Virus record (IMG/VR): IMGVR_UViG_3300042140_000258
Location: 1 to 30,910 of that record
Strand: one strand, 5' to 3'
Length of the DNA: 30,910 nucleotides
Source: a virus
Taxonomy: Duplodnaviria > Caudoviricetes
In this document: one piece after another, positions 17,027 through 25,347 of the stretch
How positions within the stretch are numbered: the stretch's first letter is position 1
Layout of the letters: each line of letters starts with the position of its first letter
Program-made: the position numbers and the translations under genes
The notes under the pieces: generated by a model
The model's input: only the letters and a program-made list of their open reading frames with translations
The model's database searches: none
What the model was told of the DNA's origin: nothing

Positions 17027-17259
17027 ACTACGTGACCCTGGCCCAGATCGTGATCGCCGTCGGCCTCGTCGGCTACGGCGTGGCCGTAGGTGTGCAGCAG
17101 CTCCGCGGAAGGCTCGGCCGGCGAACCCGGACGCCGGTGGACGACCTCCGCCTGGTGATCGACCTCGCGGCCCGGCTCCGGGACAAGGGGCACACCGATG
17201 CCGTTGCCGTGTGCGAGCAGCTCACTCACGAGCTGCTGAAGCCGGAGGCCAAGGCGTGA
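17023..17259 (+). CDS. Hypothetical membrane protein
   Basis: ATGA overlap; N-terminal TM segment LAQIVIAVGLVGYGVAVGV. Confidence 0.75.
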   Translation: MNYVTLAQIVIAVGLVGYGVAVGVQQLRGRLGRRTRTPVDDLRLVIDLAARLRDKGHTDAVAVCEQLTHELLKPEAKA

Positions 17260-17624
17260 GGCCGCTCGCATTCATCGCCGCCGGGCTGATCCTGCTGACG
17301 CTGCCGCGCGTCGAGTGGGGCCGCGTGGACACGAGCGGGTCCGCGACGGCGGCGGTCTACGTCTACGAGAAGGACGACGGCGGCGTGCCGCCTTTCGTGA
17401 CCGTGGCGGTCAACCGGCTGAACCGCGAGCGGAAGGTGGTCGCCACGCTGCTCGAGGCCGACACGACCGACGGCGACGGCGACGTGCCGGAGCGGTATCG
17501 CTCCGCCCTGGATGCGGCCCGCAAAGCGGGGCTACCGGCGGTCGTCGCCCTCGCAGGGCGGACGGTGCTCCGCGTGACGCCGAGGCCGGGGAGCGAAGCG
17601 GCGGTGATGGAGGCGGTGCCGTGA
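17256..17624 (+). CDS. Signal-anchored protein, possible thioredoxin-like fold lacking CxxC
   Basis: GTGA overlap, GGAGG RBS; LAFIAAGLILLTLP, AVYVYE...GLPAVVAL. Confidence 0.7.
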   Translation: MRPLAFIAAGLILLTLPRVEWGRVDTSGSATAAVYVYEKDDGGVPPFVTVAVNRLNRERKVVATLLEADTTDGDGDVPERYRSALDAARKAGLPAVVALAGRTVLRVTPRPGSEAAVMEAVP

Positions 17625-17782
17625 ATCCAATCGCATGTGAAAAAGCGGACGGCAAGAGCCGCCGGGCTGGCGGCTACCACCAGTTCATCAAGCGGCGGAA
17701 GAACCGCGTCGAACGCCGTCGCGCGAAAAATGACCCGGAGTGCCAGCCCGGCTACGGCCGCTACAGGGGGTGGGAGACATGA
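17621..17782 (+). CDS. Small basic hypothetical protein
   Basis: Coupled at both ends (GTGA/ATGA); KRRKNRVERRRAK. Confidence 0.6.
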   Translation: MNPIACEKADGKSRRAGGYHQFIKRRKNRVERRRAKNDPECQPGYGRYRGWET

Positions 17783-18666
17783 TCGACCCGAAGCTGATCG
17801 ACGTCTTCCCGGCCGAGCACGACGGCTACCCCGCCAGCCTCGCGATCGAGGACACGACCGACGCCCTCCGCGACGCCTGCGGCTCCGCCTCGCGGGAGTT
17901 CCCGAAGGCCCTGTGGATCGAGCCGCGCGACTGGGTGGCGAAGGCCCGCGAGAACGATGCGGCCGGGGCGTGGGGAATGAACTTCGTCGACCGGTTCACG
18001 AATCAAGGGCCGGGAAACGGCGGGCAAAACACCCACGAATGCACGGCCCACAGTCTGCGGGCGAACATCGAGGCCGCCCGCAACCGTGCGCGGGGCGTGA
18101 ACTACGGCGGGCCGAAGAAAGATTTCCGCTACCCCGAGTCGCGCGACTTCGGCTCCGTCTGGCTGTCGCCCCTCTCCGTCTACGCCGAGGCCAACCCGCG
18201 GCAGTGGGGCGGGGCCAACGTCCGCCGTGTCTTGGAGATCGCCGTCCGCCGCGGGATGCTGCCGGAGACGGTGCAGCCCTACGACTACCAGTTCCGCCAC
18301 GCCCTCCACGGCACGACCGGCCGGGGCGGATTCAACCAGGCCCGCGGCCCGTGGACGCCCGTCTCGCGGTTCCCGGCTGGGTGGGAGGAGACGGCCCGGC
18401 ACTTCCGGCCGCTCGAGGTGATCTTCCCCGAGTCCTACGAGCAGGCGGTGTGCCTCGTGTTGCACGGCTACGTCGTGAGTGTGGGCCGCAACGGCCACGC
18501 GGTGCCGTGGGCACGGTGGATGCCCGACCAGCGGCTCATGGCCTACCCGGACTCCTACGACATCGTCCGCTACGACTCCGAGCGGACCGCCCGGTCCGCC
18601 TGGCAGGGATCGTTCGCCGTGGCGTCCGTGACCATCCCCGATGACTGGAGCCGGCCCGCCGGGTGA
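17779..18666 (+). CDS. Papain-like (clan CA) cysteine peptidase
   Basis: TNQG...ECTAHS (oxyanion Q and catalytic C), LSPLSVY, GHAV (His), PDSY at the NSW position. Confidence 0.7.
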   Translation: MIDPKLIDVFPAEHDGYPASLAIEDTTDALRDACGSASREFPKALWIEPRDWVAKARENDAAGAWGMNFVDRFTNQGPGNGGQNTHECTAHSLRANIEAARNRARGVNYGGPKKDFRYPESRDFGSVWLSPLSVYAEANPRQWGGANVRRVLEIAVRRGMLPETVQPYDYQFRHALHGTTGRGGFNQARGPWTPVSRFPAGWEETARHFRPLEVIFPESYEQAVCLVLHGYVVSVGRNGHAVPWARWMPDQRLMAYPDSYDIVRYDSERTARSAWQGSFAVASVTIPDDWSRPAG

Positions 18667-18668
18667 CC

Positions 18669-19436
18669 ATGCGATCCATCCTCCTCGCGCTCCTCCTGGT
18701 CGCGACCGCCGCGGCCGCCCCGTGCGACAACTGCCACGGCGACCGCGTGGTCGGCCCCGGCCCGGTGCGGTTCGCGTGCCCGGTGTGCGATGGCAGCGGC
18801 GAGATTCCGGACCGGCCGACAACTGTCAAGGAATCCTTGGAAGTTGCAGCCGCCGGCCCCCGGCCCGCCGTCTGCCGGATCGAGTGCGGTGCCGGCCCGT
18901 CGAAGGACTGCGGGACCGGCGTGCTGGTCGAGGCCCGCGACGGCAGGGCTCGCGTGCTCACCGCCTGGCACGTGGTCCGCGACGGCCGGAACGCCATCAC
19001 GCTTCGCTGGCCCGACGGCACGAGCGGCCCGGCCCGCGTGGTGGCGTGGGATTCCGCCTGGGACCTCGCTGTCCTCTCGACCGCCGCCCCAGCCGCCGCC
19101 CCGGTTCCGATCGCGGCCCGGCCCCCGGCCGTCGGCGACCGGCTGACGCTCGCCGGCTACGGGCCGGTGCCGTTCACCTACCGGGAGGCGAGCGGCGAGG
19201 TGACACAGTTCCTCGGTCCGACGGGCCGGCACCCCATGCACATGCTCGAGGTCCGGGCCGACACGCGGCAGGGCGACTCCGGCGGCCCGATCTTCAACGC
19301 CCGAGGCGAGCTGGTCGCGGTGCTGTGGGGCTCGACCGGCGGACTGACGGCCGCGAGCCACGTGACCGAGATCCGGCGGATGCTGGGCCAGCCGGTGGCG
19401 GCCGCCGCCTGCAAGGACGGGAGGTGCGAGCGATGA
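18669..19436 (+). CDS. Secreted trypsin-like (S1) serine protease with N-terminal CxxCxG zinc-binding pair
   Basis: Signal peptide MRSILLALLLVATAAAA; CDNCHG/CPVCDGSG; LTAWHV, DLAVL, GDSGGP triad. Confidence 0.92.
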   Translation: MRSILLALLLVATAAAAPCDNCHGDRVVGPGPVRFACPVCDGSGEIPDRPTTVKESLEVAAAGPRPAVCRIECGAGPSKDCGTGVLVEARDGRARVLTAWHVVRDGRNAITLRWPDGTSGPARVVAWDSAWDLAVLSTAAPAAAPVPIAARPPAVGDRLTLAGYGPVPFTYREASGEVTQFLGPTGRHPMHMLEVRADTRQGDSGGPIFNARGELVAVLWGSTGGLTAASHVTEIRRMLGQPVAAAACKDGRCER

Positions 19437-19720
19437 CCGACGCCGAATTCGTCTGGGCCGAGCTGGCCCGCCATCCGATCCGCCGGGCCATGCTCGGCCG
19501 CGAGCGGTGTGACGAGATCGTCGCGACGGCGGCCGGGCTGTCGCCGGCCGGGATGCTGCCGGGAGCCGACCGCGATGCCATGCGGCGAGCGTGGGAAGGC
19601 CGTGTCCGCGAAGAGTACGCGAACCGCGCGGGGTTCGCGTTCATGACGATGCTGCTGGTCTGGGCCATCGGGGCCGTCGTGCAGGCATTGGTCAAGAAAT
19701 GGTGGGAGGAATACACGTGA
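19433..19720 (+). CDS. Hypothetical membrane protein
   Basis: ATGA overlap; C-terminal TM GFAFMTMLLVWAIGAVVQALV. Confidence 0.75.
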   Translation: MTDAEFVWAELARHPIRRAMLGRERCDEIVATAAGLSPAGMLPGADRDAMRRAWEGRVREEYANRAGFAFMTMLLVWAIGAVVQALVKKWWEEYT

Positions 19721-19995
19721 GTGCCGAGACAATCGAGATCGTCCTCAGGTCCGCCCGCGAGTTCGGTTTCCCGATCCTCGTACTGGCCGTGCTGCTGTGG
19801 CTCCTCCGCGAGGCCGCTCACGCCATGCACCGGACGGTCGTGATCCCCGTGGTCGACGCTCACTCGACCTTCCTGCGGCAGACGACAGCCACGCTGGAGG
19901 GCCTCGGCCGCACCCAAGAGCAGCAGGCCGACACGCTCCGCGAGTTGGCCGCAGGCCAGCGCGAGATTCAGTCGGCCATCGGGCGGCTCGCGTGA
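19717..19995 (+). CDS. Holin-like membrane protein (single TM plus coiled coil)
   Basis: GTGA overlap, GGAGG RBS; EFGFPILVLAVLLWLL resembles BhlA/YvrJ-like holins. Confidence 0.55.
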   Translation: MSAETIEIVLRSAREFGFPILVLAVLLWLLREAAHAMHRTVVIPVVDAHSTFLRQTTATLEGLGRTQEQQADTLRELAAGQREIQSAIGRLA

Positions 19996-20031
19996 CCTGT
20001 CGGCCGCGGTGAGATTTTTTCCAGACGGCCT

Positions 20032-20062
20032 ATAGGGCCAATCGGTGGTGCCTTCATAGGTT
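20032..20062 (+). promoter_or_regulatory. Late promoter motif copy 3
   Basis: ATAGGGCCAATCGGTGG (20032-20048), 8 nt, TAGGTT, upstream of capsid gene. Confidence 0.8.
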
Positions 20063-20113
20063 GCCGTTCGCGAGATCGACATCGACCCCGCATTCACTCC
20101 AACCGAGGTAACC

Positions 20114-21337
20114 ATGCCCAGCCCGAAGCTTCGCCTGCTGACCGACGAGAGTGTCGCGGTCGAGAACGAGATCAACGCCCTTCGCTCGCTCGAGCCGAAG
20201 GACGACGCCGACCGCGAGAGCATTGAAGGCCGTCTGGCTGCCGCCCAGGAGCGGGCCGCCAAGATCGCCGCCGAGGCCAAGCGCGAGGGTGACCTCGACG
20301 CCGCCATCGCGTCGATGCAGGCGGTCCGCAGCTCCGACAAGTCCCGCGAGGACGTCGAGAAGCAGTTCCGCAAGGACGAGGAGTCCGAGACCCAGCCCGA
20401 CATCCGGGCCGGCGTGCGGGCGTTCCGCTCCGTGAAGGTCGCCGAGGCCGTCGGCCGCCACCTGTGCGGGCTGGCCGGCCTCAGCAAGCGGGCCATGGGC
20501 GAGACGGTGGACGGCTACGGCGACGACTTCGTCGTGACCGAGCTCTACTCCGCGATCGTCAACCGGCTGCAGTACCAGTCGGTGGCGATGCAGCTCGCCT
20601 CGATCTTCCGGCCCCGCGGCCAGAAGATCACCCTGCCCAAGAGCGGCGACGTGACGTTCGGCTTCGCGGCCGAGAACGTGGCGTTCACCGACCAGGACAT
20701 CTCGACGACCGGTGCCGACCTGACCCTCTACGAGGGCGGCGCCTCGGTGCCGGTGTCGCGGGCTCTGCTCGAGGACTCGCCGATCGACGTCGCCGGCCTG
20801 GTGGTCGACCGGTTCAGCCACGGGCTTGCCCGCTGGATGGACAACGTCACGTTCGGCGGCAACGGCAGCAACCCGGCGATCACCGGCCTCGCGGCCTCGG
20901 TGGCTTCGGGCAACACCGTGACGGTCGGGGCCTCGGCCGCGACCACGGCTGCCAACCTCGCCGACGTCGTCGGCAAGGTGGACGAGGCCATCATGGGCAC
21001 GGGCGCGTGGGTCTGCTCCAAGGCGGGCTACGTGGACCTCATGAAGATCTGGGCGGCCCAGCAGACCACGATGGTGGTCGGTGGCGGCCGCGTGGTGCCG
21101 ACCATCTTCGGTGCTCCGGTCTACATCGTGAAGGGTCTGCCCTCCACGACGCTGGCCCTGTTCGGTGACTTCAGCATGTCGACCGCCATCGGCCTGAAGG
21201 ACACCGGGCTGGAGATCAACGTGGCCCGCGAGCTGCTCGTCCGCAGCCGGCAGGTGCTCTACGTGGCCTCGACCCGGCTCGGCGTGAGCAATCACGGCCC
21301 CGAGTTCGTCGGGCGGCTCGCCAAGGCCACGACCTGA
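20114..21337 (+). CDS. Major capsid protein (HK97 fold) with N-terminal delta domain
   Basis: Coiled-coil N-terminus; VPVSRALLEDSPIDV, PTIFGAPV, LFGDFS; GAGGT RBS. Confidence 0.95.
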   Translation: MPSPKLRLLTDESVAVENEINALRSLEPKDDADRESIEGRLAAAQERAAKIAAEAKREGDLDAAIASMQAVRSSDKSREDVEKQFRKDEESETQPDIRAGVRAFRSVKVAEAVGRHLCGLAGLSKRAMGETVDGYGDDFVVTELYSAIVNRLQYQSVAMQLASIFRPRGQKITLPKSGDVTFGFAAENVAFTDQDISTTGADLTLYEGGASVPVSRALLEDSPIDVAGLVVDRFSHGLARWMDNVTFGGNGSNPAITGLAASVASGNTVTVGASAATTAANLADVVGKVDEAIMGTGAWVCSKAGYVDLMKIWAAQQTTMVVGGGRVVPTIFGAPVYIVKGLPSTTLALFGDFSMSTAIGLKDTGLEINVARELLVRSRQVLYVASTRLGVSNHGPEFVGRLAKATT

Positions 21338-21352
21338 TCCATTTGACTGATT

Positions 21353-21386
21353 CCGGCGGGGGCCGGCACTTGCCAGCCCCCGCCGG
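21353..21386 (+). terminator. Strong hairpin after capsid gene (terminator or stability element)
   Basis: CCGGCGGGGGC/GCCCCCGCCGG 11-bp stem; lacks a U-tract. Confidence 0.5.
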
Positions 21387-21413
21387 CTCTGGTCGGTCCT
21401 CACGGAGGTCCAC

Positions 21414-21608
21414 GTGGCCGAGCTGGTCCCCGTCCGTCTCACGTCCGAGTTTCGCGGCAATCCGGCCGGGGCCGTCATCCAGGCGACCCCCGGCCTCGCG
21501 GGCTTCCTGACGTCGACCGGCCGGGCCACGCCGGCCCCCGACGTCCCGGCGGCCCGCAGTTCCGAGAGGTGCATCGAGCAGGCAGTGGTGAGGGGAGCCG
21601 GATCGTGA
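21414..21608 (+). CDS. Small head-associated hypothetical protein
   Basis: GGAGGT RBS, GTG start; VRLTSEFRGNPAGAVI...LTSTGRA, typical post-capsid gene. Confidence 0.7.
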   Translation: MAELVPVRLTSEFRGNPAGAVIQATPGLAGFLTSTGRATPAPDVPAARSSERCIEQAVVRGAGS

Positions 21609-22171
21609 TCGTCGCCATGCCTGACAACGTGTCCGTCCTCGTCGCTCCGGTCGTGGAGCCGGTGTCCCTCTCCGACGCCAAGGCCCAGATCGGCCTCCTG
21701 CCCGAGCAGGACGAGCACAACTTCCTGATCGCCCAGAAGATCTCCGCGGCCCGCCGGCTGATCGAGCAGCGGCTGGGGATCACGATGGTGGCGACGAAGC
21801 TCCGCGGCGTGTGGCGGCAGTGCCCGCGGGTCGTGAGCCTCCCGGCCCCGCCGCTCCTGGTCGATTCCGACCACCCGATCACCGTGACTGTCGACGGCGA
21901 GGCCGTGCCGTCCGGCGAGCTCGAGGTCGACGCCGACGTCCTCCCGGGCGAGATCACGTTCGTGATGCCGCGGCCTGGGAAGCTGATCGTCGAGTGGTGG
22001 GCCGGGAAGGCTCCGGGCTTCATCCTCTGCCCGATGCTCCAGTCCGCGATCCTCATGTACGTCGACCACGCGTTCCGCAACCGGGGCGTACTGGCCGACG
22101 ACCAGACCGTGATCCTGCCGGTCGGCTTCGACGATCTGCTCGCGGCGTCCTCCTGGTCGGGGAGGTACTGA
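21605..22171 (+). CDS. Head-tail connector (gp6/phiE125 gp8-like)
   Basis: PVVEPVSLSDAKAQI...ISAARRLIEQ...AILMYVDHAFRNRG; alternative start 21617. Confidence 0.85.
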   Translation: MIVAMPDNVSVLVAPVVEPVSLSDAKAQIGLLPEQDEHNFLIAQKISAARRLIEQRLGITMVATKLRGVWRQCPRVVSLPAPPLLVDSDHPITVTVDGEAVPSGELEVDADVLPGEITFVMPRPGKLIVEWWAGKAPGFILCPMLQSAILMYVDHAFRNRGVLADDQTVILPVGFDDLLAASSWSGRY

Positions 22172-22174
22172 CGC

Positions 22175-22498
22175 ATGATCGCCACCGGCCGCCTTACCCA
22201 CCGCTTCGAGCTCCAGCGTCCCGTCCAGACCCGGAACGCGTCGGGCGAGAGCATCACGACCTGGACGAAGGTCCGGTCGTTCCTCGGCTCCTACGACCAG
22301 GAGACCTACAGCCAGGCCCAGCGGCGCGGCCAGATCGGCGGCAACCGCCAGGCGACGGTCGTCTGCCGGGAGTTCGAGGGTGTCGACGCGTCGATGCAAC
22401 TCGTCTGCCACTCGCGCGGCGGCGACGTGATGAAGATCTCCAGCGTGGTCGAGCAGGACGGGGACCTCGTGTTCACCGTCGAGGAGGCCGTCGCATGA
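22175..22498 (+). CDS. Head closure/adaptor protein (SPP1 gp16-like)
   Basis: GRLTHRFELQRPVQTRNASGESITTW. Confidence 0.85.
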   Translation: MIATGRLTHRFELQRPVQTRNASGESITTWTKVRSFLGSYDQETYSQAQRRGQIGGNRQATVVCREFEGVDASMQLVCHSRGGDVMKISSVVEQDGDLVFTVEEAVA

Positions 22499-22893
22499 GC
22501 CAGCAAGTGCGGCTGCCCGGTGTCAAGAATTTCTCGCTGCAAATGCTCAGCGATGGCCCTGACTACATGGTCCAGGTCCAATTCCGCCCTGGATATGTAG
22601 CGCCTTCATCCGTCCGGTATGCACGAGCCACGAGCGGCGGCGACGTTGTCACGCTGTCCGTCAGCGTCACCACTGGTCTCAATGCCGGATGGATGCAGGT
22701 CGGTCTTCCGAAAAGCAGCTTTCACTCCTTCGGCCCGCGCGTCTGGCAGATCGAGGCAGGGTTCGTTGTCGATCTTCCAGGGACCGACAACGACGCGGAA
22801 TACATCTTCTGCGCCGGAGCCATTGCCTACCGTGTAATCACGCCGGATGACGTCACCGATACGCTGGTCATCGAGCTCGGGGGTGGCGCATGA
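22495..22893 (+). CDS. Hypothetical beta-rich protein inserted in neck module
   Basis: ATGA-coupled at both ends, more AT-rich codon usage than neighbours. Confidence 0.7.
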   Translation: MSQQVRLPGVKNFSLQMLSDGPDYMVQVQFRPGYVAPSSVRYARATSGGDVVTLSVSVTTGLNAGWMQVGLPKSSFHSFGPRVWQIEAGFVVDLPGTDNDAEYIFCAGAIAYRVITPDDVTDTLVIELGGGA

Positions 22894-23408
22894 TCTCGCT
22901 CAACTGGGAGGGGATGCGGGGCGAGATCGGGGCGCTCATGGCCCGGTTCAACGAACTGCCGCGGCACATCGCGAAGAAGCATCTCATGGCCGCCATGAAG
23001 CGGGCCATGCGGGACGGCGTGCCCGTGCTGAAGTCGATCACGCCGGTCGGCAAGACGCGGACGATCAAGGCCAGCATCGTCCGCGGGCAGATGAAGGAGA
23101 ACTTCAAGCGGCGCGGCGGTGCCCTGCGGCGTGCCGTCGCGACGAAGGCCAAATACATCGGCCGCAACAAGGACGGCATCGTCTACGGCGTGGTCGGCTA
23201 CAAGGCCGGCTTCGAGAGCCGGAAGGCCATCTGGCTGGAGTTTGGCACGAGCCGCGGCGTGAGCCCGCGGAACCTGATCGAGCAGTTCCGCGCCCGATAC
23301 GGCGGCCCGGCCGCCTCTCGGCTGGCCGAGGAAATGTCTCGCGCCCTGGAGAAGGCCGCCAACGAGCTGGCCTCGGGCATGAACCCCACCCGCAGTTTCG
23401 GGAGCTGA
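22890..23408 (+). CDS. HK97 gp10-like neck/tail completion protein
   Basis: TPVG, GALRRAV, IWLEFGT motifs; position. Confidence 0.85.
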   Translation: MISLNWEGMRGEIGALMARFNELPRHIAKKHLMAAMKRAMRDGVPVLKSITPVGKTRTIKASIVRGQMKENFKRRGGALRRAVATKAKYIGRNKDGIVYGVVGYKAGFESRKAIWLEFGTSRGVSPRNLIEQFRARYGGPAASRLAEEMSRALEKAANELASGMNPTRSFGS

Positions 23409-23410
23409 CC

Positions 23411-23830
23411 GTGGCTGGATCCCCCCACAACTGGCTGAAGGCCGCGATCGAGGCGGCCGCGAGCGTCACGGCCTGGCCCGTGGAGATGACCGGCGGCGGT
23501 GATCCGCCCTACGTCATCTATGCCCGCGAGCAGACCACGCGCGAGCAGCTGCTCGAGGACGAGTTCGACGCCACGCCGGAGACCGACCAGATCGAGCCGG
23601 TCGCCCGCTACACGGTCGTGGTCTACGCCGACAGCTACGTCCAGGTCTGGCAGATCGCCGGGGCCATCACGGCCGCGATCCACAAGTTCGCCGGCACGGC
23701 CCACGGCGAGACCATCAAACACTGCCTCGTGCTTGACGAGAGGGACGGCGATGCCGGCTACCTCGAGGGCCGGGAGCAGCCAACGTACACGGTCGAGCTC
23801 GCCGTCGAAATCCGCTTTTCCGAGGAGTGA
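23411..23830 (+). CDS. Tail terminator (DUF3168/gp17-like)
   Basis: PPYVIY, VVVYADSY; position after gp10-like gene. Confidence 0.75.
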   Translation: MAGSPHNWLKAAIEAAASVTAWPVEMTGGGDPPYVIYAREQTTREQLLEDEFDATPETDQIEPVARYTVVVYADSYVQVWQIAGAITAAIHKFAGTAHGETIKHCLVLDERDGDAGYLEGREQPTYTVELAVEIRFSEE

Positions 23831-23833
23831 TCT

Positions 23834-24181
23834 ATGCCACTTTCCACGAAGCCCACGAACGGCCCGACGCTGCCTGCGGGCGTGAAGAAGGTCAACATCA
23901 AGGACGTCGATACGACGGTCACGACCGCGAAGGAGGACGTCACCGACCTCGACAGCACGGAACGCGAGTACGCCGACCCGGTGCTGAAGGATGGCGGCGG
24001 ATCGACCGTCGCCACGAAGACGTGCAGCGCGAGCGGCAACCTCAAGGGCGCGGAGTTCGAGCCGGACGCGATCACCGTCACGACGGGATGGGTCCTCGAG
24101 GACTGCGAGTTCACCTACGAAGAGGGCAAGTATGCGACCTGGAGTGCGAACTGGTCCTACTACCCGCCGCCCGCCCCCTGA
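23834..24181 (+). CDS. Tail tube-like protein 1
   Basis: GAGGAG RBS; EDVTDLDSTEREY loop motif; position. Confidence 0.6.
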   Translation: MPLSTKPTNGPTLPAGVKKVNIKDVDTTVTTAKEDVTDLDSTEREYADPVLKDGGGSTVATKTCSASGNLKGAEFEPDAITVTTGWVLEDCEFTYEEGKYATWSANWSYYPPPAP

Positions 24182-24206
24182 CGCCAACCCATAGGAGACC
24201 ACCGCC

Positions 24207-24566
24207 ATGTCCCTCGTCAGTTCACAAGGCCAGTCCATTGGCGTCACCGGCGCCACGAAGATCACGATCAAGAAGTCGCGAGTGACGAAGCCCGGAGACA
24301 ACCGGCTCGACGCCTCGACGCTCGCGCTCGCCACGGGTGCGTTCCGGGTCTACGAAGCCGGCCTGCCGAACAACGGGCCGAACGGAGCCACGAACGACGG
24401 TATCACCACCACGATCGCCGTCGACTTCAAGGGCAGCACGAAGCCGGCCGTCGGGTCCACCATCACCCGCGGCGGCGTCACGCTGAAGTGCATCGACAGC
24501 GAGCTGACGAACGACGCTGGTGTCCTGCAGATGGGGTCTGCGAACTACACGAGCGACTACACGTGA
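24207..24566 (+). CDS. Tail tube-like protein 2
   Basis: AGGAG RBS; SSQG, LDASTL..RVY motif. Confidence 0.6.
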   Translation: MSLVSSQGQSIGVTGATKITIKKSRVTKPGDNRLDASTLALATGAFRVYEAGLPNNGPNGATNDGITTTIAVDFKGSTKPAVGSTITRGGVTLKCIDSELTNDAGVLQMGSANYTSDYT

Positions 24567-24587
24567 TCCAGGTCGGCGAGCCAATCC

Positions 24588-24980
24588 ATGCCCACGAACA
24601 GCCCTCCTCCGTCTTCCCAGGGGTCGACCGTGTCCTTCAGCGGCATTCCCATGGGTCGGCTCGTGGGCTGGCGAGTTGTGGGCGGAAACGCCCGGTTCCA
24701 GGAGGTGACGAGCCTCGTGTCGCCGGTCATCGGCATCGGCGGGGACGCTCGCGTAGTGGCCCAGTGGGACTGCACGAGCGTCGACCCGGGCGGCGTGGAC
24801 ATCCAGGTCCGCGACTGCCCGCCGTTCATCACTTCCGAGATCGGTTCGCGCGGGGCGGTGGTCGTGACGTTCGCGACCGGCGAGGTATCGCTCGATGCGT
24901 TTCTTGAGACATTCGACGTGAGCGGCAACGTGGGGGAGTTCCTGCGGGGCACGGCACGGTTTCGATTCAGTGGAGCCTGA
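24588..24980 (+). CDS. Tail tube-like protein 3
   Basis: SSQGSTVSF, EVTSL, VDPGGV, VGEFLRGTARFRFSG. Confidence 0.65.
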   Translation: MPTNSPPPSSQGSTVSFSGIPMGRLVGWRVVGGNARFQEVTSLVSPVIGIGGDARVVAQWDCTSVDPGGVDIQVRDCPPFITSEIGSRGAVVVTFATGEVSLDAFLETFDVSGNVGEFLRGTARFRFSGA

Positions 24981-24981
24981 T

Positions 24982-25347
24982 GTGGCAAACGACGAAGACG
25001 ATCTGCTGACGTGGAAGCCAGAGGTGATCGAGGCCACGATCCCCGGCACGACGAAGACGGTCTACCTCCGATACCCGGTCTTCGAGGACTGGCACGCGGT
25101 GGCGACCGAGCACCAGGCCTACGTCGGCAAGCCGGCCCCGGCATCCCTCGTCGCGAAGACGCTGGTGGCGTGCGTCGTGAAGAAGAACGGCGAGCCGATG
25201 TTCACGCGCGAGAACGTCGGGCCGGTGATGCAGGCCAACCCGAACCACGTGATGTGGCTCTACGGGCACATCCTCCAGACCGTGATGAAGAACGACAACG
25301 AGCAGATCAGCGAGGTGGAAAAAAACTCCGCAGCCGGACAGGACTGA
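24982..25347 (+). CDS. Tail assembly chaperone (gpG-like)
   Basis: GGAG RBS, GTG start; ends EVEKN with slippery site; upstream of tape measure. Confidence 0.85.
   Translation: MANDEDDLLTWKPEVIEATIPGTTKTVYLRYPVFEDWHAVATEHQAYVGKPAPASLVAKTLVACVVKKNGEPMFTRENVGPVMQANPNHVMWLYGHILQTVMKNDNEQISEVEKNSAAGQD
25318..25326 (+). promoter_or_regulatory. Programmed -1 ribosomal frameshift site
   Basis: GAA AAA AAC (A AAA AAC heptamer); the -1 frame is open to 25673. Confidence 0.85.
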
